Assembly: GCA_048013815.1 (NCBI GenBank) | Contig: CM106585.1 | Span: 21,080,001-21,144,000 of the forward strand | Direction of reading: 5' to 3' | Length of the DNA stretch: 64,000 nucleotides | Origin: Setoptus koraiensis | Taxonomy: Eukaryota; Animalia; Arthropoda | Shown here: one piece after another, positions 10,084 to 22,529 of the stretch | Position numbering within the stretch: the first letter of the stretch is position 1 | Layout of the letters: every line of letters starts with the position of its first letter | Translations under genes and position numbers: made by a program | The notes under the pieces: generated by a model | Told to the model about the DNA's origin: nothing | Databases searched by the model: none | What the model saw: only the letters and a program-made list of their open reading frames with translations

Positions 10084-13038
10084 ATGACGGACGCCAAGTA
10101 TTTTGCTAATACTAAAAAAGGAGAAATATTCGAATTGAAAAGCGAATTGAGCAGTGACAAAAAAGAGAAACGCCGTGAGGCCGTCAAAAAGGTCATAGCC
10201 TCTATGACTGTCGGCAAGGATGTTAGCACATTATTCCCAGATGTCGTTAATTGTATGCAAACGGATAATCTTGAACTCAAGAAATTAGTTTATTTGTACC
10301 TTATGAACTATGCTAAAAATCAACCAGATATGGCCATCATGGCCGTAAATACATTCGTGCGAGATTGCGAAGACCCAAACCCCCTTATCAGAGCGCTTGC
10401 CGTTAGAACAATGGGCTGTATAAGGGTAGATAAAATAACAGAATATCTATGTGAACCACTAAGGAAATGCCTTAGGGATGAGGATCCATATGTGCGCAAA
10501 ACTGCCGCTGTTTGCGTAGCAAAATTGCACGATATTAATGGTAATCTAGTGGAGGAACAAGGGTTTCTTGACCTACTTAGAGACCTACTATCCGACTCAA
10601 ATCCAATGGTGGTGGCCAATGCAGTTGCTGCTCTGTCTGAGATCAATGAAACATCATCAACTGGTCACCCACTCATAGCTCTATCTCCTCAGTTAATCAA
10701 CAAACTATTAACGGCACTGAACGAATGCTCGGAATGGGGTCAAGTTTTTATACTTGATTCGCTTGCCACTTACCAACCTGAAGATGACAGAGAAGCTCAA
10801 TCTATTTGTGAACGTGTCACACCAAGATTGGCCCACGCGAATGCTGCAGTAGTCCTAAGTGCTGTCAAAGTGCTGATGAAACTTATTGAGATGCTACCAG
10901 GAGACTCAGAATTTGTTCAAAATCTCACCAAAAAGTTAGCACCACCCCTGGTCACATTACTATCTACAGAGCCAGAAGTTCAGTATGTAGCTCTGCGCAA
11001 TATTAATTTAATAGTACAGAAGAGGCCGGACATATTGAAACATGAGATGAAAGTTTTCTTTGTCAAATATAATGATCCTATTTACGTCAAACTCGAGAAG
11101 CTAGATATTATGATACGTTTGGCATCGCAACAAAACATCGCACAAGTTCTTGCTGAACTAAAAGAGTATGCAACTGAGGTCGATGTAGATTTTGTTAGGA
11201 AGGCTGTGCGAGCCATAGGTAGATGTGCAATTAAAGTTGAACAGTCAGCTGAGCGATGTGTGTCCACATTGATAGAACTTATCCAAACAAAAGTTAATTA
11301 TGTTGTACAAGAGGCTATTGTAGTCATCAAAGACATATTTAGGAAATATCCAAACAAGTATGAGAGCATTATTTCTACCTTATGTGAAAATCTGGATACT
11401 CTAGACGAACCTGAAGCTCGTGCATCTATGATATGGATTGTAGGCGAGTATGCCGAACGTATTGATAACGCAGATGAACTACTCGAGAGCTTTTTGGAGG
11501 GATTTCATGATGAAAACCCACAAGTTCAGCTCCAACTTTTAACATCGATCGTCAAGTTGTTCTTGAAGAGACCAACGGAAACTCAAGAGCTTGTCCAACA
11601 AGTTCTAAGCCTCGCCACACAAGATAGTGATAATCCTGATCTCAGAGATCGTGGTTTTATCTACTGGCGTCTTCTATCGACTGACCCGGGCGCAGCGAAA
11701 GAAGTTGTTCTAGCGGAAAAACCACTCATATCTGAAGAAACCGATCTCTTAGAACCCACTCTGCTTGATGAATTGATATGTCACGTTGGTAGTTTGGCGT
11801 CAATCTATCACAAGCCGCCGTCTGCGTTTGTGGAAGGTAATTCAGCTGGCTTAAGGAAAACTCTCAGTTTAGGCAGTAAATCTACAAATGGAACGACAGG
11901 GGATATATTAGCCAATAGAACAGGTGAAGAAGCTACTGTCATTCCCTCCGTCGATAACATAGTCGGTGACCTACTGAGTTTGGACATATCCACGCCGGCA
12001 CAGGTAATGCCCTCATCGGGTCTAGTTGACTTATTTGGTTCATCGCCAGCACCAGCTCCAACTACAGCAACCGCTACAGCGTCCGCTACAGCAGCTCCAT
12101 TCGATATATTGAGCGATAATTTGCTGAGTGACGATTTCCTTGGAACTGGCCCATCTACAACAGTGTCATCGATAGCCAATAAATCCGTATTCAATGATTT
12201 TGCCTCATCAGTGAGCACCGGAGTAACATCAACACCGACCATGTCCACCACTGCGCCTTCATCATCATTCGGTGGTGGATCTGCAGATATATTGGGAGAT
12301 ATCTTTGGTATAAATACCGTTAAAACATTTTATACTCCCCCAAAAGAGGTCTGGCTTCCAGCCTCCAAGAACAAAGGCCTCGAAGTTAGTGGAACATTCT
12401 CTAGGGATAATGGTCAGATCAAACTAGAACTTACTTTCAGCAACAAGGCAATGCAAGCGATGAGTGGTTGGGCCATTCAACTCAACAAGAACAGTTTCGG
12501 TTTAGCTATTGCTAGTACTTTACAATTAGATCAACCAATATTGCAGCCAAATTCAACCTCAAACGCAAGCGTACCCCTTAACACCATGGGTGTTGTGCAG
12601 AAGATGGATCCTTTAACAACTCTCCAGATAGCCATTAAGAATAATGTTGGTGTTTTCTATTGCAGTTGTTTGGTGCCGATGCATGTTTTGTGCACTGAGG
12701 AGGGTGCCATTGATAAGAAAGTTTATTTGGCCGTCTGGAAACACATTCCACAGGAAAATGAAGTACAATTTACAATTGAGAATGTCAATTTGACTGCTGA
12801 GGAGATATCGCAGAAATTACAAAATAATAATATATTTACCATAGCCAAGCGTAATGTGGACGGCCAGGATATGTTATATCAATCATTGAAATTGATCAAC
12901 TTAGGTATATGGGTTTTGGCAGAGCTAAAGATCAAACCCGGTACTAATTGGCTGACATTATCACTGAAATCGAGAGCTTTGGATGTAGCCAACCCAGTCA
13001 AAGATGCCTATGAATCAATTCTACATAGTGGCGTATAA
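10084..13038 (+). CDS. AP2B1: AP-1/AP-2 complex beta subunit (beta-adaptin), intronless, 984 aa
   Basis: N-terminus [19 protein letters not shown], adaptin trunk, hinge with clathrin-box-like DLLSLD, and C-terminal appendage domains. Confidence 0.97.
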   Translation: MTDAKYFANTKKGEIFELKSELSSDKKEKRREAVKKVIASMTVGKDVSTLFPDVVNCMQTDNLELKKLVYLYLMNYAKNQPDMAIMAVNTFVRDCEDPNPLIRALAVRTMGCIRVDKITEYLCEPLRKCLRDEDPYVRKTAAVCVAKLHDINGNLVEEQGFLDLLRDLLSDSNPMVVANAVAALSEINETSSTGHPLIALSPQLINKLLTALNECSEWGQVFILDSLATYQPEDDREAQSICERVTPRLAHANAAVVLSAVKVLMKLIEMLPGDSEFVQNLTKKLAPPLVTLLSTEPEVQYVALRNINLIVQKRPDILKHEMKVFFVKYNDPIYVKLEKLDIMIRLASQQNIAQVLAELKEYATEVDVDFVRKAVRAIGRCAIKVEQSAERCVSTLIELIQTKVNYVVQEAIVVIKDIFRKYPNKYESIISTLCENLDTLDEPEARASMIWIVGEYAERIDNADELLESFLEGFHDENPQVQLQLLTSIVKLFLKRPTETQELVQQVLSLATQDSDNPDLRDRGFIYWRLLSTDPGAAKEVVLAEKPLISEETDLLEPTLLDELICHVGSLASIYHKPPSAFVEGNSAGLRKTLSLGSKSTNGTTGDILANRTGEEATVIPSVDNIVGDLLSLDISTPAQVMPSSGLVDLFGSSPAPAPTTATATASATAAPFDILSDNLLSDDFLGTGPSTTVSSIANKSVFNDFASSVSTGVTSTPTMSTTAPSSSFGGGSADILGDIFGINTVKTFYTPPKEVWLPASKNKGLEVSGTFSRDNGQIKLELTFSNKAMQAMSGWAIQLNKNSFGLAIASTLQLDQPILQPNSTSNASVPLNTMGVVQKMDPLTTLQIAIKNNVGVFYCSCLVPMHVLCTEEGAIDKKVYLAVWKHIPQENEVQFTIENVNLTAEEISQKLQNNNIFTIAKRNVDGQDMLYQSLKLINLGIWVLAELKIKPGTNWLTLSLKSRALDVANPVKDAYESILHSGV

Positions 13039-16000
13039 CTTATTTCATAAAATTGTATCACTAACTTACGTAGATATTTACCGGAGTAATGCTAGCCCTT
13101 ATAATAGAAGAGATAAACTATCAAAATGAATAATGGTGTTGACAAGTAAAATCGATTGAGGGAAGGCACGGATATTTATTATTTGTCATTTGATTTCCAG
13201 TCAGATATCCAAGCTACGTAAAAACACAATGATGCTTAAATAAATAAAATAAATTGAAAAGCTATTATAATTAAAAATAAAATAAAATCTTATCATGTTC
13301 ATGGTCAAAATGGTTCACGCATACATAAGGAAAAGATGCTACAGCAAAAAAACAAGACTGATAATAAATCTACTCACATCTAGGAACATGAATAGATGGT
13401 CTAATTTTCACAATGATGATACTTTGAGTTAGTGTTACATCTTAATCTGGTAGTGGATTATGGCTTTAATTAAGCTTTGACACTAAAAAATGTAATGCAA
13501 GACAAGCCACTCATTAGGGTTAATAGAAATGGTATCGCAGACTGGTGGCATGAAAGGCAGTAGTAGACTTGAATTTTCTTCTTTTACAATTTTCAGATAA
13601 GGGAGAGAACGTTATCACCTTGATAAAAGAAGGATAAGCCATGCACGTTTCGAAGTCAATTCATGCTCATCTAAGTTTGACAAACCAGATCTCAATCAAA
13701 TCTTTTATTTGAAAAGAAACATTATGAGTCATGAACACTGATGATGATACATGATTCAAAAGTCAAGTTATAACCATTAGTTACTTGTGGTTGGGTGCTT
13801 CCTCTGTATGTATCATTCTCGATCTTACATTTCAGAATACGATATACCGAGATAATAGTTTGACATGTATATAATGGCAATTAAATAAACATTTGTATAT
13901 TCTTGGTTGTGACAACAACAAAATCTAATGTACGTGCGTTTGTCTAAACATTTGACACCTAAATTTTTGATTGAAGGCTCACTACCTGTTGTTTATCTCA
14001 TATGTTAGCGATAACATGATAGAAAAAAGATGCTTGGCTGCAGCCTTATCTTTTTTCTCCTCTGACAATCCAATTTAATCTATTCCCAGACAAGCCTTAA
14101 TAACTGAGGTTTGATATGCTCCATCCACCGGTGGTGTACCTTTTTAGAATTTGGGACGGAAGCAGTACAAGAAACATTGACTGCTTTTTGATGAATGTGT
14201 ATGCTTTTCTTCTCTGAACAACCTTAATTATCGCCAAAGCGGATGTAGACGAGAGAGATTGTGGAGACTGTTGCAGATTCGTAGAGCAAAGTAAAAGAAA
14301 TATATTTGATAAAATTGATGAGTTTTAGAAAACTACAATTTTTTATTTCACGCATCTCTTTGAAACGGGCTCCCAGCATGTGTAACTGCTGATTTATGAG
14401 CCGAGTAGTAATTGCTTCTCACAATAAATCTGGTCTAAAAGAAGAAGAACCCTAATAGTGAACATTACAATATCAAATGTAGAAACTTCAGATTGTAAGT
14501 TTATGTATTTGAGTTAATAGAAATGGCAGACCACAGTTGTGGTCTCGTGCTGGTTAATAAAGCCAGATTAGATTGATACACTTCGACATCTAAGAATAAG
14601 AGAAAGACACTAAACTCGGCTAATATAAGAATTAAGCAATCATAAACTTGAATAAACTATTAATTAAACTCATGTTACTGCAAATACAAAGTAATGTAGT
14701 CACTATGCAGACAAGTAACATAGAAAGAGGAGAATGATGAATGATTGCTACTTCTTTGTTTGTACATTTTTTTTCTTCGCCTTTTATTCAGCATTAAGGT
14801 TCACCGAAAAACTTGATTATCACCCCGTGTCTATGGGCTTGTGTGACTCTCAATCCTTTACCAAGCAAGTGATAGATTTAAATAAAATCCTTGTAATCTC
14901 ACACAAAAAAAAACAGGAGAAGATATATGCGATTCGCTAATTAGATTTGCATCTATTAATTATTCAAACAATTAATTATCTGCTGTTCATTAGTTTGGTT
15001 TTCACTTCGATATTATGACTAGACCTATGTGCTTTTCTATTAGTATAGATGATCACATCATTACTTATTTGCCAATGGATTTGAAATCTAGTTAGGCCCA
15101 TCATAATGACCAGTAACGAGCGACTAATGAAGAGGACATGGTCAATGGACGTCTTTGCAACATTGAAAATTTGCAGCTCTTTATTTATAGAATAAATCAA
15201 CTGCTCATCCTATCACCATAAACAATTCGCAATAATGTAGATTATAGTTGGTGGGAGCCATATAACAACAACTTTATTGATAAGTGAGTCAACGTCAATG
15301 TTGGACTACTGAACAGTTACATACATAAGCAAACCAAAAGCTTGATTTGAGACAGGTATCAGGATAAACAAAGTTGAAAGATGACAAACACCAGTCCGCT
15401 ATCCTTAGTCAGCTTAAATTAATTCATGTGGGCGGAGTCGCGTCTTGGAATCACCACGTGATATACAATGCTCATTATTTGATGCTCGTAGTCTTTCAGT
15501 TGCGATTGCGAAAAACCAAGGTACTCGGAATTAGTGATCCATCTTCCACCACCCTGTGCGATCTGGAATTTACCTAGCAGTTGGATAAACTTTACAAGTT
15601 TGTTTGTAGCGGGCGAAGATACAAACAAATGAAAGCGAAAGTCTTGCACACAAAGAATGTATGATAAAAGCGATCGTCGAAAGCGGGAGATCGAGTGACA
15701 AAGAGTTGATAGATAGAGGAGGGGAGATGAGGCGGAGATAGATCAAGTGAAAGCAGCCTTTTCTTAATCAATTCAGCTTATTTAATGCTTCCCGTCGACT
15801 TATCTGCACCACAAGTGTCGGCTTTGTAAGACATGTCTTTCCGAGAATTCATTGCGCCAACCATACTAATTGATACCAACAACAACAGCGACAACTAACT
15901 AAGATACTCACTAATAGTTTAAACATAAACAAATTATTTCTTCACCATACGGCTCCATAGCTGAATCGCGCAAAGTACGTGGCGATATTAGTATCATTCA

Positions 16001-16380
16001 TCTCTATTAGTTTGCTGCACAAAAAGATATAGAAAGAACTGCTAGGTCTTAGTACAGCAAAAGGTGGGTATTTAGTCGACGAGAGAGACAGAGCGGCACA
16101 TACAAAGTAGATAGACATCATAAAACAAAGTATAAAAAGATATCACCAGATATAATGATGCGCCTTTCTCAAGAGGACTTTTAGTAGATCAACATCGTCA
16201 TCTCATAGAAGACAGCAACACATATTTAGACGTATTGACAATCGATAACAATACAAGTTCTTATTGACTAGTATAATAATTGATATTCTACTGTTGTATT
16301 CATCAACTATAGACACTAGTGAAGAAACATAGACCATCGGAGGCCTCTATCAAGGAGCAAAAATAAAAAAAAAACACAAA

Positions 16381-19300
16381 ATGAAGGTGAGTAAATGGCG
16401 CGATTTATTCATATGTTGTTAGTTTCGAGTTGTTGATTAGCCAATCGAAATGTTCGCTCGTGAACTATATGCCATATATGAATTATTACTATAACCGCGT
16501 GTTATACCCATAAACTTTAGATTAGAATCGGTTTGATGTGCAGCAAGTATTGAACTATTTCGTCGACCTTTAATTTAGAATATCTATGTTATATTGTATG
16601 AATCGATTTATTAGTTCAGACATCTCCTAACGCATATTAAAATGATGATTTTGCTTAATTTGAGTAGTAGGTTGACACTTTGTTGCGCTGACGTAACATA
16701 TCATCTGTTGTTTAACCTTTACCAGTATCAATTAGATAGATAGCCAAATGAGACATCAACATTGAACGGGACTAGCTTCTGCAAACTTGTTAGTGCCAAT
16801 AATGGAAGTGAGTTTGCTCCTCTTTTAACGATTTGAAGATGATGAGAAGCGATTACAATTAAAAGATAAGAGAGTAAATAACTAGCACACACATGTGGCA
16901 TCATTACTAAGACTGGTCATGCCAGTTACAACCGTTTCCATTAGAACAGTATGATGTAACAATTTTTTATTCAACTTTGTGTGACCATTATTTAACAAAT
17001 AGATCTTGTCAACTAGAGGGTTTGTGATAAATGACACTGACTCACACATAGAGAAAGAGAGAAAAAGAAAGTTGTAAACAAATCCAAGCTTATTAATATT
17101 TATGAACTTCATTTTCGTTGCCATTAGATATTGTTTTGGTGTTGGAATTAGCGATCACCTTAACCTTATTATGAGTGAGTGTCGTGCTGTCCGTTTGTAC
17201 CGAGCAAATTAAAATCTATCAGCTGTTTTGAAAAGAAGAAGTCAAGAATTCATTGATAGCAGTGGTAGGACCCAACCAAGTTAGGATTACTTTGAAGCAA
17301 ACTCTCACTCTCTTTCCTGCCGGCCTATGATATACGCGTTGCTGTTAATCAGTAGCAGTGGACATCCCATAAATGATCATGATCTCTAACGTTATACGAT
17401 GTTCATTATGTATCATCTGAAACCACCTATCTAAGTCACCACTACTATGCAACGGCATCAGCTTCGGCAAGGGCGACCGCAACTACGACTACCGCCACCA
17501 CCTATGATAGATTATCATTACAAGCGAGGGTATAAAGAGCAGGTAGTGGAAAAGAGAAAGAGGGAGAGAGAATAGGCTCAGCATGCTGATTGAGTTAAAT
17601 CATTGAGATGAAGTGAGATTATCCCATCTGTTATTCGGACATATTGCACTAGCAGATCAGGCCACAGTAGTGAAAAAAAAAAGAAGAGCTTTTTTCCTTA
17701 TCAATATGTTATAGTGATAACTGCTTTTTAGTTGTTACTTTACTCTCCTATAGTATGGCTCTATTGTGGTCGGTGTCGTATTAGTTAATGATAAAGGATT
17801 AATCATAAGAATCGAGAATGAGAAGCGAGTCAGCGAACGAGCGGGCGAGGAGACAAACTGGAAACTAATCTTCTTGTAGGAGTACTATCATATCATACTG
17901 GTCATTAAGCGATCTGGCTGGCTTAATGATATCGGAAACGAATTCAAGCTAGCACTCTAATACCGGTAAAGTTTTTGTTGTTATTGCTGTTTATATTGGT
18001 TGATTATGAGTCAGACATAATACCATATCAGGAATCAGCACAGTACCCGATGAATATCCTGGCCTATTGTTAATTTGTCGATCTACGGCCATGAATTGAT
18101 GAATCGATTCGGTGAATTTGTCTATATATACCTACATATATATATATTTATATTTTGAAAACCCTAAAAGAAAAGATAGATCAATATGATCGGTGGTAAG
18201 AAATAGTTTAAGAAACGGAACAACGCGAAATAGTATAAATTTAATCGTTCTGATTCCTGTAGAGAAGCCTTAATTGTTCTCTATTGGCGCCAATACAATC
18301 AATTCTTTTATTTAATTCGTTACCCACGAAGAGCTGCTATTCATGACTTGTCTCTTTGTAATTGTTTATGTTTGTTTTTAGTTTCAGCTACTATTGGCTG
18401 TGACATTGAGCAGCCTTTTGTTTGCTAGCAGCGTCTTTGCTCAGGAGGCATCCGAAGAAAAGGAACCCAAGCCAGAGCCATACAACTTTAGCTATTCGGC
18501 CGAATCATTAGGTGAGTGACATTGATTGATAGACTCCATGTTGCTTACTGCTTTGAAGTATCAACAATGAATTAATTGTCAGTATTTATCACCTGTACAT
18601 AATCGCACAACTTCAGGCGGTTTATCTAGTCACCAAGAAACAGGTGATGGAACTGGCCGTATTACCGGATCTTATTCCATACAAGGACCCGATGGAAGAG
18701 AAAGAATCGTCTCTTATATTGCTGATGGTTCAGGTTATCGTGCCGTAGTTAAAACCAACGAAATCGGAACAAAACCCGAAGATTCCGCCAATGCCCAATG
18801 GATTGTATCGCCACCAAGTCAAGGTCAGATCGATGCCGGAAACCGAGCCCAAGCAAGCAACAACTGGAATTCTGTTGCCTCAAATGGGCGCCCAGCGCAA
18901 CCAGCACCATCAGAATCAAATGGTTCTCAGCAATCTGCTGGCAAACCAACTGGCCGTCAACCAGAACAGGAGGCCGAAGGCGCCCAGGCACTTGTTTCAA
19001 TTGTGCAACAAACTCAAGATTTAGACGAGATTCCCGCCGGCGAAGCGCCACCACCGCGAGGTCAAGAGATAATAGCTGATCAAGCACCCGCCAGAGTGCC
19101 TATTCTGATTCAACAGCAACCCCTGAGGGCCACATTTGAGGCCAAGGCACCAGCAGCTCCTCAACCTCAGCAGATTCAAATTATTGAGGAGGCACCAGTG
19201 CAGCCAGTACAGATTGCACAACCAGCTCCGGTGCAAGTTCAACCCCAGCAACAAGTTCAAATCATTGAGCAGGCCCCGCAACCACAACAAGTGCAGATCA

Positions 19301-21648
19301 TTGAACAGAGTCCACAACCACAAGTACAACTGGTTGAACAGGCCCCACAAGTGCAATTGATTGAGCAAGCACCAATTCCGCAACAACCTCTAAGAGCCAC
19401 TTTCGATTCGAAAGCATCTGGTCGAGTTCGACCTCAACAACCACAAGTGCAATTGATCGAGCAAGCACCGATTCCGCAACAACCTCTAAGAGCCACCTTC
19501 GAGGCCAAAGCACCAGCAGCTATTCAACCACAACAGATTCAAATTATTGAGGAGGCACCTGTGCAGCCAGCACCAATTGCGCAACAGCCACTGAGAGCGA
19601 CATTCGAAACAAAAGCTCCTGCACGAGTCCAACCTCAGCAACAAGTTCAAATCATTGAGCAGGCCCCACAGCCACAAGTGCAAATTATTGAACAGGCCCC
19701 ACAACCACAAGTGCAATTGATTGAGGCAGCACCAGTTCAACAACAGCAACCATTGAGAGTGAATGCCGCTAAGGGTTCCGTAGTCCAGCAGCCCCAGCAA
19801 CAAGTGCAAATCATTGAACAGGCTCCACAACCACAAGTACAACTGATTGAGCAAGCACCCATTCCACAGCAACCGTTGAGAGCCACCTTTGAGACCAAGG
19901 CTCCAGCAGCGCCCCAGCAACAACAAATTTTTGTTGAGCAAAGAGAACAACAGCCACAGGTTCAATTGATTGAACAAGCACCAAAGATTCAACAACAAAA
20001 CCAACAACAATTTGTTGTCCAGGAAATAATCCCACAGCAGCCACAATTGATAAGACAGCCTCAATTTGTTCAAGTGTTGCCCCAGCAACAACAACAACCA
20101 CAATTGATCGAGCTGGCTCCTCAACAACCACAATTGATTCAACCATCACCACAACAATCTATATTCTTTGCTCCGGGTGCTCAAGTGCCAAAGGCAACAT
20201 TCCAGGCAAAGGCACCCCAAGTTGCCCAAGGACCACTCAGGGGAACAATAGTATCGACTCAACAAGAGCAACAAATTCAACAGGGCAACGCCGATGAGAA
20301 TGATGAAGATAGCAACGAACGAGCTGGCCAACCAAAGCAAGCCGCTAACTCCATTCCATCCGCCAACAGCCAAAGCGGATCGTCGAGTTCGTCAGGTAAC
20401 AAAGCGCCTCAATCTATTCAACAGGTTATCCAACAAGGGGCTCAGCAGCAGCAACAACAACAAGAGCAACAACAACAACAAGAGCAACAACAGCAGCAAC
20501 AACCACAAGCGCAATCTCAAGACAATGACAACAGAAAAGAAAGTGGCAATGCATCATCGGAGGAAAACTCCAGCCAAGATCAGCAAGGTGAGGTACCTCA
20601 ACCAGAGGGGCCAAACTCTAATGAATCAGGTCCAGGATCAGCAGGTCAACGAGGTCCGGAAAGTATCGAGGTCGCCAATAGAGAGTCACTGAACCAAGTA
20701 CCTCAGCAACCCTTGATATCGCAACCAGCGCCAAGTCAAGAGCTGAGAGGAGTCAAATTTGGCACCAAAACCAACATTGCTAGCAATCAGCAACCACAGA
20801 GTGTCGGTACAACAGCAACAACTGGGGAAAGACAAACCAACTGGATCCAAGGAGGACAGCCACAGCTAGTACAAATACAACAGCAGCCACAATTCGTCCA
20901 ACAACCAGCACCACAATTCGTTCAGCAACCAATAATCTTTCAACAACAACCACAGCAGCCTGCGCCTGCGATTGAGATTAATGAACCACAAATAGTTGTA
21001 CCAGAATTTGCATTCGAACGTATACAACCTCTGCAACCTGTTGTCCAAAAGCAAGTACTATCGCAACAGCGCTTCCAACAACCTCTGTTTGTGCAACCTC
21101 AACAACAATTAGTTCAACAAGCTCAACCGGAACAACCTGCTCAACCATTATTTCAACCAAGTGCTCCAGCTCAACCAATCCAGATTGTTCAGCAACCATC
21201 ACAGGCAATTGCACCGGAATCTAACGGACAGTTGGAGATTATCCGAATTGAGGAGCAAACAGAGACACCGTCAACACCATCTCCAAGTCCATCACCTGCA
21301 CCCACTCAAATACCTACAACAGCCGCTCCTATTATTGCTGCTGAGACGCCAGCACCAGTATTAGGTACAAAAGGACCATTAGGTAAAATTAATCGAGGTT
21401 TTGGAATTGGTCGTCTTTCTCCCAGCCGTTCTAGAGTTGCAGTCAAAGGAAGCGCCAAGACTTCCACAGCAAATTCAGACGCCTCAACTGCTTTGAGTCA
21501 ACCTCAAGAACCAACAACAGTGGCTGCAGCCGCTGCTGTAATCAAAGCACCTACCCCCACTCAGCAACCCATTACATTAACAAATCAATTTGTTAGCTTT
21601 GGGTCGAGGCTTAGTGGCACCAAGACTGGAGCAAAGACTTCCAATTAA
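16381..21648 (+). CDS. Large Rebers-Riddiford (chitin-binding) cuticle protein with Gln/Pro-rich repeats; exons 16381-16386, 18388-18511, 18617-21648; 1053 aa
   Basis: Spliced frame gives signal peptide MKLLLAVTLSSLLFASSVFA, then PYNFSY...SHQETGDGTGRITGSYSIQGPDGRERIVSYIADGSGYRAVVKTNEIGT (RR consensus), in frame with the 881-aa track ORF. The first micro-exon ATGAAG|GTGAGT is inferred from phase and donor consensus. Confidence 0.85.
19111..20260 (+). repeat. Intragenic coding repeats QQPLRATF(E/D)xKA and Q(V/I)Q(L/I)IE(Q/E)AP
   Basis: Five PLRATF units plus variants, and more than 10 QIIEQAP-type units in the translation. Confidence 0.9.
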
Positions 21649-21721
21649 ACTGAATAAACGCTTTTTTGTTTATAACAAATTTTAAATAAATAAAGCATTT
21701 GAATAGTGCATAGTGTCCCAT

Positions 21722-22471
21722 TCAAAAAGGGAACTGTCGATGATATCGCTTCATGGTTTTTCCAACTTTCGAGCTCAAAGATGTACGAGACAAATTTGAA
21801 TCGCGGTGTATCAATGGGGTTGATATTCGTTTAGCTTGCTGCTGCGTGTTATCCATCGTGTTATTGAGATTAGTGTAATGGGTGCCTGCTTGATTGGAGT
21901 TGTTTGTACTATGTTGATCATCGAATGGTCTAGCATGCATACTTTTCGGGGACATTTGATTTACTTGCAATCGCTGGGGGACAAAGCCCGAGTTAGCTGT
22001 CTGATATTCTTCCTCGAAGGTTTTATTTAAATTATTTGGCCTCCGAATTCCAAGCTCAAAGTCAAACATTTCGTCAACAGGGGTGTTTTTTGTTGGTTGC
22101 TTGGGCGTATATTGCGGTACCCTCAATGTGAAAGATGATCGTATGCTTTCCATCTCGACATTATTCCTTTCTGCGTCCTCCTTTGTTTTTTTGAACACCT
22201 CAAATAATTGGTTCTGGAGTTCCTTTGTTTTTTTCTCCTCATTCATTACTTCCTCTTTTTTTAATAACTCAATCTCTTGCAGTTCAGCATAGTACACGCG
22301 CAGTTCTGATTCTACTTGAGACAACTTTTTACAATAATTGAGATAATCTAGTCGGGCCTCTTCCGTTTTCTTTCTATATTCTTGGTGCTGATCCAGTGAT
22401 GAACTTATTTTCGTTCTTAAATTACGATCGGCTTCAAGTAGTCCATTCCATACACGATCTCCCTCCTTCAT
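21722..22471 (-). CDS. Uncharacterised protein with N-terminal coiled coil, 249 aa; 5' end may be incomplete
   Basis: 750-bp open frame with E/K/L-rich heptads followed by a disordered tail. The upstream sequence is lost in the low-quality block. Confidence 0.65.
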   Translation of the reverse strand: MKEGDRVWNGLLEADRNLRTKISSSLDQHQEYRKKTEEARLDYLNYCKKLSQVESELRVYYAELQEIELLKKEEVMNEEKKTKELQNQLFEVFKKTKEDAERNNVEMESIRSSFTLRVPQYTPKQPTKNTPVDEMFDFELGIRRPNNLNKTFEEEYQTANSGFVPQRLQVNQMSPKSMHARPFDDQHSTNNSNQAGTHYTNLNNTMDNTQQQAKRISTPLIHRDSNLSRTSLSSKVGKTMKRYHRQFPF

Positions 22472-22529
22472 GTCCTTGAATTGAGAAAAATCTCACTTTT
22501 ATTGGAAAAAAGGTTTCTACTGACGACAG

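Noticed and set aside
15419-15649. Death-domain-like spacing WITNSEYLGFSQSQLKDYE in a short minus-strand ORF
   Set aside because: A single short motif, no ATG start and no supporting exons; compatible with chance.
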